Shown here piece by piece: positions 18,531 through 27,191 of a DNA stretch of 64,000 nt. Within the stretch, counting starts at the first letter, position 1. Each line of letters starts with the position of its first letter. The notes below the pieces were generated by a model. It ran no database searches. It was given only the letters and a program-made list of their open reading frames with translations, and was not told where the DNA came from. A program made the position numbers and the translations under genes. Source of the stretch: an uncultured Chthoniobacteraceae bacterium (GTDB taxonomy: Bacteria; Verrucomicrobiota; Verrucomicrobiia; Chthoniobacterales; DYNR01); the NCBI GenBank assembly GCA_964595865.1, contig CAZQRL010000005.1, positions 62,433 to 126,432 of the forward strand, in the 5' to 3' direction.

Positions 18531-19240
18531 ATCAACCCGAGCTCCCGGAAGCTGGTGAAAGGCTGGCGATCCGGGGCGGGTTGCCCGATGATAATGTGGT
18601 CCAGCAGGCGCAGGCCGAGCACCTCTGCAGCTTGCACCAAGCGGTGGGTGAGCCGTCGGTCCGCCTCACTGGGAGCCGGATCACCGGAAGGGTGGTTGTG
18701 CACCACCGCCAAAGCAAAAGCCGAGTGGATGAGCGCTGGACGGAAGATTTCTCGCGGATGGGCAATACATTCGTTGACTGAGCCCAGTCCGATTGTCTCG
18801 ATGGAGATGAGTTGGTATTTCGTATCCAGCAGAAGCACCCGCACTGTCTCGGTGCGCAGAGCCTGCAACTCCGGCCCCATGAGATCGTAGATCGCTTGGG
18901 GATCGCGCAGGGCCACCCGCGGTCCCGGTCCCCGCGCCAAGCGGCGTCCCAGTTCCAAGGCCGCAGCAATCTCGCAGGCCTTGGCCGGCCCGATGCCTTT
19001 GATAGCCCGACGCAATTCGCGCACCCCGCAGCGTGCCAGGCCATGCAAACCTTCCATTTTTTCCAAGAGTTCCCGGGCCAACCGCACCGCATTCCGTCCT
19101 CGTGTGCCAGTGCGAATGAATACCGCAAGCAGTTCCGCATTGCTCAACGAGGCCGGGCCGTGAGCCAGCAGCCGTTCTCGCGGACGTTCGTCATCCGGGA
19201 GTTCGCGCAGGCGTTCCGAGGGGGAATCTGGCAGAGGCAT
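18527..19240 (-). CDS. radC: RadC/JAB domain protein
   Basis: ERPRERLL, KGIGPAKA HhH, HPREIF, HNHPSGDPAPSEAD, LLDHIII. Confidence 0.95.
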   Translation of the reverse strand: MPLPDSPSERLRELPDDERPRERLLAHGPASLSNAELLAVFIRTGTRGRNAVRLARELLEKMEGLHGLARCGVRELRRAIKGIGPAKACEIAAALELGRRLARGPGPRVALRDPQAIYDLMGPELQALRTETVRVLLLDTKYQLISIETIGLGSVNECIAHPREIFRPALIHSAFALAVVHNHPSGDPAPSEADRRLTHRLVQAAEVLGLRLLDHIIIGQPAPDRQPFTSFRELGLI

Positions 19241-19252
19241 TGGAGTGCTTGG

Positions 19253-19711
19253 TTAGAGGGCCATGCGCAGTTCGTCCAACTGCTCGATGAATGCTCCCGG
19301 AGTGCTGGCCGCCCAGAGTTCAGCCCACGCTGCAGGCGTGCGAAACAAGCGCACCAAGCCGCCAATGAGCTGTAGATATTGCTGGTCGAATGCGGAGGGG
19401 ATTCCCGCCGCCAACAAGAGCACAACCCGTCCGGGAGCATCGGGAAACACCAACCCCGGATCGTGGGTGGAAAGCCCCAAGAGTAGAGAGCTCACGGCGT
19501 TGGTGCGGCCGTGGCAAATCCACAAACCGGTCTCCCCATCGAAGAGCGGTCCGGCATTGCGCTCCTGCATGCTGCTCCGGAGTTGTGCTGGGTCGGTAAG
19601 CCGGGGATCTCCGGTGAGAAGGTCCAAGAGGGCGTCCCGGGCGCCCCAAGGATCATCGCCAGTTTGTCGCAATCGCACATGTTCCGGATGCAAATAGTCC
19701 GCGAATTTCAT
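19253..19711 (-). CDS. PTS EIIA (fructose/nitrogen-type) domain protein
   Basis: GLWICHGRT (phospho-His motif), YLQLIGGLVRLF; size fits PTS_EIIA_2. Confidence 0.75.
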   Translation of the reverse strand: MKFADYLHPEHVRLRQTGDDPWGARDALLDLLTGDPRLTDPAQLRSSMQERNAGPLFDGETGLWICHGRTNAVSSLLLGLSTHDPGLVFPDAPGRVVLLLAAGIPSAFDQQYLQLIGGLVRLFRTPAAWAELWAASTPGAFIEQLDELRMAL

Positions 19712-19724
19712 GGTCGCATGGAAA

Positions 19725-20336
19725 TTACAAAGCACGTCGCCCGGCCAGGGCGTTTTCTAGCGTGAGCGCGTCGGCATGCTCCAATCCGCCGCCGGCGGGC
19801 AAACCATGGGCAATACGCGAAAGGGGGATTCCCAAAGGCCGCAGAAGTTCGCACAGGTAGCTCGTCGTGGCCGTGCCTTCCACATCGGCGGAGAGGGCGA
19901 TAATAATTTCCGTGGGAGTTTCACGCTCCAGACGTTCCAGGAGTTGCGGTAAGCGCAGGTTTTCCGGACCGATACGGTCCAGCGGAGCAATTTTTCCCCC
20001 CAAAGCATGGTAGCGCCCGGTGAAGCGTCCGGTGCGCTCGAGCGGCAAAATATCCGTCGGCTGCTCCACAATGCAAAGTTCCCGCCCACCTCGCGCTGGA
20101 TCGGCGCAGATGGGACACCGGTCCGCATTGGCGTAAAATCCACAATCCCGGCAGGGGCGGAGGCTGCAGGCGGCCTTTTGCAGGACCTCCGCCAAAGCGG
20201 TCGGCCGGGTCGGGCTATCGGCCAGCAGCCACAGGGCCAAGCGCTCCGCACTCCGATGGCCCACTCCGGGTAAGCGGCGCAGTTCTTTGAGAAGCTGCTC
20301 CAGCTCCGGTGGGTAGGAACGCAAAGGCGCGGGCAT
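19725..20336 (-). CDS. recR: Recombination mediator RecR
   Basis: LPGVGHRSAERLA, CRDC..CPIC zinc finger, GRYHALGG, Toprim, SRIAHGLPAGGGLEHAD. Confidence 0.96.
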   Translation of the reverse strand: MPAPLRSYPPELEQLLKELRRLPGVGHRSAERLALWLLADSPTRPTALAEVLQKAACSLRPCRDCGFYANADRCPICADPARGGRELCIVEQPTDILPLERTGRFTGRYHALGGKIAPLDRIGPENLRLPQLLERLERETPTEIIIALSADVEGTATTSYLCELLRPLGIPLSRIAHGLPAGGGLEHADALTLENALAGRRAL

Positions 20337-20339
20337 GAC

Positions 20340-21581
20340 TCAGCCCGCCGAGAAGGTCGTGTGGTGACGCGCCCGCTCGTTCTCCAAACGCTGGAGATAG
20401 TAATCCAACGGACCATCCGGTAGCCCTTTGATGCGGGCTTTGGTGAATTCCGCCAGCGCTTCCTCGTAGCGTCCAGCCCGGGTGTGGGTGACGCCATTCC
20501 AAAAATGATCCCGACTGCGTTTGCGCTCTGGGGAAAGCTGATCTTTGACCGCGAGGAGTTCGTAAATCTCCCGTGGCTTGCCGCCGGGGAAGGTGAGCAG
20601 ATCAATCGGCCGCACCTCAAAGGATTCCGCAGCCTCGGCGTGCGCATCCATGCTCAGCAAAATCCGGCATCCATAGACCGGCGCTGCCAGAGCCAGTCGG
20701 GTGGCTTCTTCCAGAGCTGGCCCCGTCGCCGCGTAAGGCAACCCTCGCGCCGAGCCGAATACTCCTGCGAGCAACTCCCCTGCAGCGATGCCCACGTAAA
20801 AATCCAGGATATGATGCCATTTGGAATCCGCCTCCAAGTTCAAGCGTTCCAAGCGATGCACCAACTCCACCGCTTCCTGACAGGCCGCTGCCGCCGGGAG
20901 CTCCCGCGGTAATGGCAGGCCGAAAATCGCGCGGATGGATTGCCCCCCGCAGGACTCGATGAAAGCACCCGCCTCGGCGAGATGCTCCGCGGCCAAATTA
21001 AGATACGCCCGATACATCTCGGCCTGGCTCTCGGCAGACATGGCCGTGTGCTGCGTCGGGTTGCAGGAGATGTGCAGTGACAGGACGGCGGCAGGTTGGC
21101 GCACCGGAGTTTGCAAATGCGATGCCGGCCCATCGTAGAGGCTGCGCAGGGACCGGCGGCTCAGGGAATTGACAAAGACTTCATCCACCCGGCGGCGAAA
21201 GGCTCCAGGACCGATACGGGTGAGGAAGCTCGTGCAGGCCAACCCGCCAAAAGCTCCCAAAATCGGAGCGAAAGGGGAAAAGCCAATCTGGTAGAGCCCT
21301 AGGACCAAGGCTCCTGTGCCGAGAAGCAGCATCGCCAAGGTGCCTAACAACCAGCGTTGGCTGGCCCGAGGCACATCGGCGGCAATCCAGGCGAGAACGT
21401 AGGAAAGCAGGAGCCCGAGAACAAAAGAGCCGTCCGGTGAGACGACCGCAGGAAATTTCCCGGCGTGGAGAGACTGCAGCACCAGCCCATCCACCACCGA
21501 GAAAAAGCCTGCCAAGCGAAGGGCAAAAAGAATGATCGCACCCAGGGTGCCGCCCACGGCGACGGTGAGGAAGGTTCTCAT
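20340..21581 (-). CDS. Membrane-anchored class III nucleotide cyclase-like protein, catalytically degenerate, with C-terminal TPR-like helices
   Basis: About 4 TM, AIFGLP, VGIAAGE..AGVFGS, YGCRIL, FEVRPIDL..GGKPREIYELL; catalytic Asp/Lys/Asn positions replaced. Confidence 0.7.
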   Translation of the reverse strand: MRTFLTVAVGGTLGAIILFALRLAGFFSVVDGLVLQSLHAGKFPAVVSPDGSFVLGLLLSYVLAWIAADVPRASQRWLLGTLAMLLLGTGALVLGLYQIGFSPFAPILGAFGGLACTSFLTRIGPGAFRRRVDEVFVNSLSRRSLRSLYDGPASHLQTPVRQPAAVLSLHISCNPTQHTAMSAESQAEMYRAYLNLAAEHLAEAGAFIESCGGQSIRAIFGLPLPRELPAAAACQEAVELVHRLERLNLEADSKWHHILDFYVGIAAGELLAGVFGSARGLPYAATGPALEEATRLALAAPVYGCRILLSMDAHAEAAESFEVRPIDLLTFPGGKPREIYELLAVKDQLSPERKRSRDHFWNGVTHTRAGRYEEALAEFTKARIKGLPDGPLDYYLQRLENERARHHTTFSAG

Positions 21582-21649
21582 TCGGAAAAACGCCTGCCGG
21601 ATTGGCGGCGCAGGCAAAGGGCGAGAAGACGAGAGATAAGCATGAGAGT

Positions 21650-23206
21650 TTACGATGCAGGCTGCTCCTTATAGCTGGAAACAATCCACTCGCTCAAGGC
21701 TTCAGCAGGATTTTCCAAAGTCTTGGCCGTAACTTCGAAATGAGTCTTGGCGGGATCTCGCGCGGCCAGCTTGAGCCCGTATTCATAGTCTTGGAAGAGT
21801 TCGCGTGCCAGATCGCAGACATCGCGATTTTCCGCTCCGGCCCGCGCCACCAGCTGTTCGATAGCCTCGGAAGAAAAGGAAAAACCGACTTCGGCCCGAT
21901 GCGCCAGTCCATCGGCGAACTGCCGGAGTTGATCCCGCAGCGATTCCTGCAGGTTCTCCCTTCCTTGTGCCAAAAGCTTTTGCAAGGTTCCGGCGGGATC
22001 TTGAATGAGGCTCGCGTCCACGCGTAGCCGCCGAACTCCCGAGCCGGGGAGGTAAAATTTGAAGTCGCGAAAGACCTCTTCGCAGACACTGAGCAGCCCG
22101 CGCGCCCCGGTTTTTTCCAGTGCCGCCCGGGCCGCCAACTCATGCATGGCCTCCTCGAGGAACTCCACCTCGATGCCATACGCGGCAAAGGCACTGGTGT
22201 ATTGGCGCAACAGACTACCCTCCGAGGTTTTGAGGATGGAGAATAAATCCTCCGCCGAGAGGGCAGAGCAGGCCACACGCACCGGCAGACGCCCGATAAA
22301 CTCCGGCTCCAGCCCGAAGTCCACAAAATCCCGCGTCGTGGCCCGGGCCAGCAAGTTGGGCTCTTCGAGCGGCAGGGTCGGGTCCGCCCCAAAACCGATC
22401 CGCGTCTGCCGAAGGCGCTTGGAAATGATTTCCGGCAGCGAGGTGAAAGCTCCGCTCACCACAAAAAGCACATGGCGGGTGTTGATGGATTCGCGGGAGA
22501 TGCGGCCTTTCCTTTGAAACTCCAACATGGCCTGCATTTGCCCAGCCAAGTCGGAGGGATTCCGCAGCGGCACCTCTGTTTCTTCCATAAGCTTCAACAG
22601 GGTGGTTTGCACGCCCCTCCCACTCACATCCCGCCCACTGACATTACTCGAAGTGGCGATTTTATCTATCTCATCAATGTAAATGATGCCGTGCTCGGCG
22701 AGCGTCAGGTCGCCATCCGCCCGGTCGTAAAGCTCCCGCACCAAATCATCCACATCCCCTCCGACATAACCGGTCTCGCTGAATTTCGTCGCATCCGCTT
22801 TGACAAAAGGCACCCCGATCAATTCTGCCACATGCTTCACCAGGTAGGTCTTGCCCACTCCCGTGGGGCCGAGCAACAGGATGTTCGGTTTGTTGTATTC
22901 CAACGGCAGCGTTCGTCCTTCCGCCTTGGCCCGCGCCACCCGCCGCGCATGGTGATAATGATCGCAGACCGCCACCGCTAAAACCTTCTTCGCTTCATCC
23001 TGGCGAATGACAAAGCGGTCGAGATGGCGTTTGATGTCCGCGGGGGAGAACCGGAAATCATCCAGAGGCGAGCGCGTGGGCTCGGCTTTGGCTGAGGGCG
23101 CCTCGGCGGCCGGAGCGGGTGATCCCGTCTGGACGAAACTGCTGCGGAGAAACTCCTGCAGCCGCTGTTGCAAAACCTCAGGACTCGGAAAAGGCGGTTC
23201 GTTCAT
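21650..23206 (-). CDS. ClpX-like AAA+ ATPase lacking the zinc-binding domain
   Basis: NILLLGPTGVGKT, DATKFSETGYVGGDV, IYIDEIDKI, RDVSGRGVQ, RIGF, PEFIGRLP, TGARGL. Confidence 0.88.
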   Translation of the reverse strand: MNEPPFPSPEVLQQRLQEFLRSSFVQTGSPAPAAEAPSAKAEPTRSPLDDFRFSPADIKRHLDRFVIRQDEAKKVLAVAVCDHYHHARRVARAKAEGRTLPLEYNKPNILLLGPTGVGKTYLVKHVAELIGVPFVKADATKFSETGYVGGDVDDLVRELYDRADGDLTLAEHGIIYIDEIDKIATSSNVSGRDVSGRGVQTTLLKLMEETEVPLRNPSDLAGQMQAMLEFQRKGRISRESINTRHVLFVVSGAFTSLPEIISKRLRQTRIGFGADPTLPLEEPNLLARATTRDFVDFGLEPEFIGRLPVRVACSALSAEDLFSILKTSEGSLLRQYTSAFAAYGIEVEFLEEAMHELAARAALEKTGARGLLSVCEEVFRDFKFYLPGSGVRRLRVDASLIQDPAGTLQKLLAQGRENLQESLRDQLRQFADGLAHRAEVGFSFSSEAIEQLVARAGAENRDVCDLARELFQDYEYGLKLAARDPAKTHFEVTAKTLENPAEALSEWIVSSYKEQPAS

Positions 23207-23344
23207 TTCGGCACCATGACCCGCCGGAGGCGCGGAGTCAATCAGGGCCACTCACCGCGCCCAGCAACTTTGCCAAGCGCAGAAAAATGGTTTGCCTCCC
23301 GGGCGGCTCTTGCGGCACGTTGGGGGTTCCGCAAGTTGGATTGC

Positions 23345-23428
23345 GCCGGTGTGGCGGAATTGGCAGACGCGCTAGACTCAAAATCTTGTGTCCGAAAGGG
23401 CGTGGGGGTTCGAGCCCCTCCACCGGCA
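23345..23428 (+). tRNA. tRNA-Leu (CAA)
   Basis: GCCGGTG/CACCGGC acceptor stem, GGCGGAATTGGCAGAC D-arm, CT-CAA-AA loop, long variable arm, GGTTCGAG; CCA not encoded. Confidence 0.93.
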
Positions 23429-23555
23429 AACTGCTCGGTAAAACCACCCCGGTTCCCAGGTTGGCTGCCGCCCGGATGCCCGAAACGGCCTTAACCGGAG
23501 GTTTCATGGGGACGTTGCTCCCGGAGCTGGCCACTGGCCCGTGGCTCGGAAGGTT

Positions 23556-24780
23556 TCAGCTTTGTTGCAGGAACCATTTTTCCCGGGAATCCGGCCGGTC
23601 GGGGATTTTATCCTGAGCCAGTTCCTCCTTCTCGGTGACAACCACTGCCAATTTTTCTCCCTCCTCCCGCAGCACGGTGAGGTTGGGGCGCAGCTTTCTC
23701 GCCAGGCTTTGGGTTTTGGCCCCGGTGGTAGTGAGTTGGCTCCGGGTCAAAGATTGCCGCAGAGCAGCTTTTGTCTCACGAAGATTATTGAAGGCACACC
23801 GACGTGACTGATCCGGGAGAAATGAGGAGGTAAATTTTTCTGCTTTTTCGATGAGCTGGCGCAAATGCCCCTGCAGCGAGCAAACCGCCTCATTCACCCA
23901 GGGTTCGTTGCTAACTTCGGTCACCACTTTGCGGCCAATCGGTTGTGCAAGGCCAGAGAAGCTCCCCCTTTCCTCGTGACAACGTAGCACATAGGCCTCC
24001 AGCGACCGCATGGACCGCACGGAATCTTGCGCCTCCTGAACCAAATCTTGCAGTCGCTTTGTGCTCCGCTTCGGCAGTCCGAGTTCCGCACGAATGCCGC
24101 AGATTCGCTGGCTAATTTCCCGCCTGGTCGGAGGCAAAATAAAGAGCCCCGCCTCGAAAAAGCGGAAGAGCAATTCCTCCGGCAAAAAATCCTGAGGCGT
24201 TGATTGCCTGCTGGTAGGCTTCATGGCGATTGAACTCCTCGGCTTCCGAAGCTTGAAAACCGACTGTCGGACGGGGACGGCAGGCATTTCATTCGTCCTG
24301 CCAGGCACCAGCCCCGATGATGAGGAAACGGCTCTGGAGTCGCTGCACCATTTCCTTGTCGAATTTGCCGGCCAAGAGCCGGTCATCCCCGTCAAGCAAG
24401 GCGATGACTTCGTTCAACACTCCGGTGGACCAAGCATGCTCCAGATGCGAATTGCGGAACTTGCTGATCTCATCCAGAGAGATCACGCCCTGGCTCTTGC
24501 CGCTGACGAATTCGGCAATCGCATGCAAGGTGAAAGCTGCGTGCTTGGCACCGATGGGGACCCAGTTACCGATGGGGACCGGCAGCATCGGGAATTGGTG
24601 CTAGTTGCAGAAGTGGGCCACGGTTGCGGTCTTTCCCGAGCCCGAGGGGCCTACGATGCACGGCGTCGTGCGCGGCTCGATCCCGGCGACCTTGGTCGTG
24701 TCGGATTGGTTGCGCCAAAGGAACTTTTCCAGCTGTTGTGCGACGGCAAGTTGGTTCGTTGTGAGTTGTGTAATGTTCAA
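23556..24780 (-). pseudogene. Disrupted ClpX/HslU-like AAA+ ATPase (2 nonsense codons + 1 frameshift)
   Basis: Joined reading: IVGPSGSGKT..HFCN*(24601) ..ISLDEISK..FLIIGAGAWQDE*(24289)NACRPRPTVGF..QAINA / frameshift ~24194 / QDFLPEELLFRF..RSMRSLEAY. Confidence 0.75.
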
Positions 24781-24863
24781 TAGACAAATTTTCCCGACAA
24801 CCCTCGGAGCCTCCGATTTCTTCCCCAAAACCCGGAAACTTTTTGCCGCGCCGGGATTTTAGC

Positions 24864-24891
24864 TTGCCTCTGGAACCGGAGACACTACTTT
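24864..24891 (+). promoter_or_regulatory. Putative promoter of tRNA-Arg
   Basis: TTGCCT-N16-TACTTT, 14 nt upstream of the tRNA. Confidence 0.45.
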
Positions 24892-24905
24892 TACCAGTCT
24901 AGGTT

Positions 24906-24982
24906 GCAGCCGTAGCTCAATTGGATAGAGCATCTGACTACGGATCAGAAGGTTTGGGGTTCGAATCCCTACGGCTGCGCCA
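24906..24982 (+). tRNA. tRNA-Arg (ACG)
   Basis: GCAGCCG/CGGCTGC stem, AGCTCAATTGGATAGAGC, TCTGA-CT-ACG-GA-TCAGA, GGTTCGAATCC, encoded CCA. Confidence 0.96.
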
Positions 24983-24987
24983 TTGAT

Positions 24988-25000
24988 AATCAATGGGTTA
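24988..25000 (+). promoter_or_regulatory. IHF-consensus site just after tRNA-Arg
   Basis: AATCAATGGGTTA matches WATCAANNNNTTR exactly. Confidence 0.5.
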
Positions 25001-25071
25001 TGCCTTCTGCCAGAAGGCCCTTCGAGCCGGGGCGCAGCAAAATCACCGGATTTTCGATTGAGGTGGTGCGC

Positions 25072-25364
25072 TGATCCGTTGCCAGGGAGCTCGTTAGTTT
25101 TTGGCTCGTCTCTGGGGTGTAACCCAAGCCAACAGAGGCATGAATTCGAAGAAAAGGTTCCACCGCCCGGAGTGCAAGGCGCGGGGAGTGTTGGGGGCGA
25201 TCCGGGGATTCAGGACGGTGTAGCAAATCGCGGCAGAAAACCACCTGCATGCCGTGCAGGTGACGCAATGGAAAGGCCCGATCTTGGGGTCGGCGGCCGG
25301 GGTGTTTGAACGAGGGGGCCGCCAGGAAGTCCGCGCCCGAGAGAAGGGGAAGAAAAATCCGGCC
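25072..25364 (+). mobile_element. IS3-family remnant (orfA HTH pseudogene)
   Basis: From ATG 25140: MNSKKRFHRPECKARGVLGAIRGFRTV*QIAAENHLHAVQVTQWKGPILGSAAGVFE, which resembles IS3 OrfA; stop at 25221; possible TG-starting end at 25072. Confidence 0.7.
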
Positions 25365-26453
25365 TCAGCGCAAGGGGCCAAAAGCTCGGGAAAATTCGGC
25401 GAGGATTCGCTCTGGGGTGACGGCCTCGAACCAGCGGTTTTCGGGGAGTTTGCGATCGGGGGCGATCCAGAGTTGGTTCCCATCTGGGGAGTAGGGTCCG
25501 TAGACGCCGGGGTGGTGGCCCGCAGAGAGAATGAGGCTGGGGCGTCGCAAGGCACAGGCGAAGTGAGCGGCGGCGGTATCCACGGTGAAGATGCGCGCGG
25601 CTCCAGCGAGAACGGCTGGATATTGCTCCACGGGGACTGGGGGGAGAATGGAGACATCTGGAATTCCAGCATTTTGGAGTGTGCTGGCCCAATGTTGGAG
25701 CTGGTTTTGTTGATAGGGGGCCGCAGAGAGCCGCAGTGGAGCACCGGCGCGCCAAGGAGCAAGGGCTTGAAAAACACGAATCCACGACTCCAGTGGGTAA
25801 TCCTTTTTCACGCTGGAGCTGAAGGGAGCTAAAACCCAGGCGCCTTGGGCGAGCGGGTTTGGGGCGGCGAAGTGCAGGGAAGGCCAGGTCTCTGCGAGGT
25901 CGAGAGTGCGTCCAAGCACGGCCGAAGTAACCAAGCGATTGGCCTGTAAATCCGTGGGGAGTGGAGAACCTGGCTCGCGGGCGGGGTAGGGTAAGAGTGT
26001 GGGGTGAAAGATTTTTTTGACTGCAGACTCGACGGCGGGGCGGCGTTGGCGTTTTTGTTTTCCGAGCAAATTTTCGCAGGCGATGTAGTGGCGGGCCCTG
26101 GGGGTGTAGAAGAGCACGGTGTGCAGATAAGAACGCAGACTGCGCAAACAGATGGCCCATTCCACCCGGGTGCGCCGTAGTTGATTCCAGACTCGCCAGT
26201 TTAGCCCGATATTGACGAGCGTCACGTTGAGGACTTTGCGGCGGCGGCGGAACTCCAGCGCATGCACGGTCGCGCGGGGAAATTGACTGCGCGCCAAGGG
26301 AGCGGCGGCCTTGCTCACGGCTAGAAGCAAATTTTCTTCCCCCAGCTGGGTTGCCAGAGTGCGCAAGCAACCGGTGGTGAGAATGAAGTCTCCGATCTCA
26401 TCCGGCTTGAGAACGTAAAGGCGCCGACTGGATTCAGGGGTCGGAGATGGCAT
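25365..26453 (-). CDS. Glycosyltransferase family 9 (heptosyltransferase-like)
   Basis: KPDEIGDFIL, APFSSSVKKDYP, FTVDTAAAHFA. Confidence 0.85.
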   Translation of the reverse strand: MPSPTPESSRRLYVLKPDEIGDFILTTGCLRTLATQLGEENLLLAVSKAAAPLARSQFPRATVHALEFRRRRKVLNVTLVNIGLNWRVWNQLRRTRVEWAICLRSLRSYLHTVLFYTPRARHYIACENLLGKQKRQRRPAVESAVKKIFHPTLLPYPAREPGSPLPTDLQANRLVTSAVLGRTLDLAETWPSLHFAAPNPLAQGAWVLAPFSSSVKKDYPLESWIRVFQALAPWRAGAPLRLSAAPYQQNQLQHWASTLQNAGIPDVSILPPVPVEQYPAVLAGAARIFTVDTAAAHFACALRRPSLILSAGHHPGVYGPYSPDGNQLWIAPDRKLPENRWFEAVTPERILAEFSRAFGPLR

Positions 26454-26489
26454 GGAATAGGGCGGCGCTGGAGGGGCGGGCTGGGAGGA

Positions 26490-27038
26490 TCAGGCGCGGG
26501 GAGCGCGGACCTTACCCACGTATTCGAGGAAGCCCTCACTTTGGGCGCGCAGCCGTTTTTCCAGCGCTTCCTCCAAGTCTTCCGCGGGAAGAAAGTCATG
26601 TGCCCGAGGCAAAAAGACGCGTTTGGGGTAAATATGGGAGTTACGATAGCCGAAGATGCCCTGCAGGTGTTCGACGGCGCGCAGAGCCCCCCAAGTCCCT
26701 GAAGCGAGACCGACGAAACACACCGGGCGATCTTCAAAGCTTTCTGGGAAGGGAAGGAGGTCAATGAAGTATTTCAAAATGCCGGGGAAGCTGCCGTTGT
26801 ATTCGGGCACCACTACTACTAGCCCGTCGGCCTGCAAAATGGCATCCGACCAACTTTGGAAAGAGGCCGGTTTGGTTTCATAAACCGACGGATGGAAAAT
26901 TTCCGGGGGTAATTCCACCAGATCGAGCACGCGTGGGGCGGCGCCCAGGTCACGATAGATTTCCGCCAAGTGTTGGGCCAAATGCAGGGAGCGGCTTTGC
27001 GGGCGGTTGGTTCCAGAAATCAAGACGATTTGCTTCAC
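26490..27038 (-). CDS. NADPH-dependent FMN reductase
   Basis: ISGTNRPQSRS, PEYNGSFPGILKYFID, WGALRAVEHL. Confidence 0.9.
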   Translation of the reverse strand: MKQIVLISGTNRPQSRSLHLAQHLAEIYRDLGAAPRVLDLVELPPEIFHPSVYETKPASFQSWSDAILQADGLVVVVPEYNGSFPGILKYFIDLLPFPESFEDRPVCFVGLASGTWGALRAVEHLQGIFGYRNSHIYPKRVFLPRAHDFLPAEDLEEALEKRLRAQSEGFLEYVGKVRAPRA

Positions 27039-27191
27039 GGGGCACTAATAGCTTGGTTGGGGGAGTCGTCCAGCGACAAAATTGCCGCAGGAATTGCCGG
27101 GGATTCGGCTGGCGAGGGGTGGATGGCGAATCGGGCGAAGGAGCGCGGATTTTTTCCGGAAGATTCGGTCGGTGGCCGAAGGTGGGAGTTT

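Noticed and set aside
23370-23390. T-T mismatch in the tRNA-Leu anticodon stem suggesting a pseudo-tRNA
   Set aside because: All other arms and conserved bases are intact; a single mismatch near the stem top is commonly tolerated
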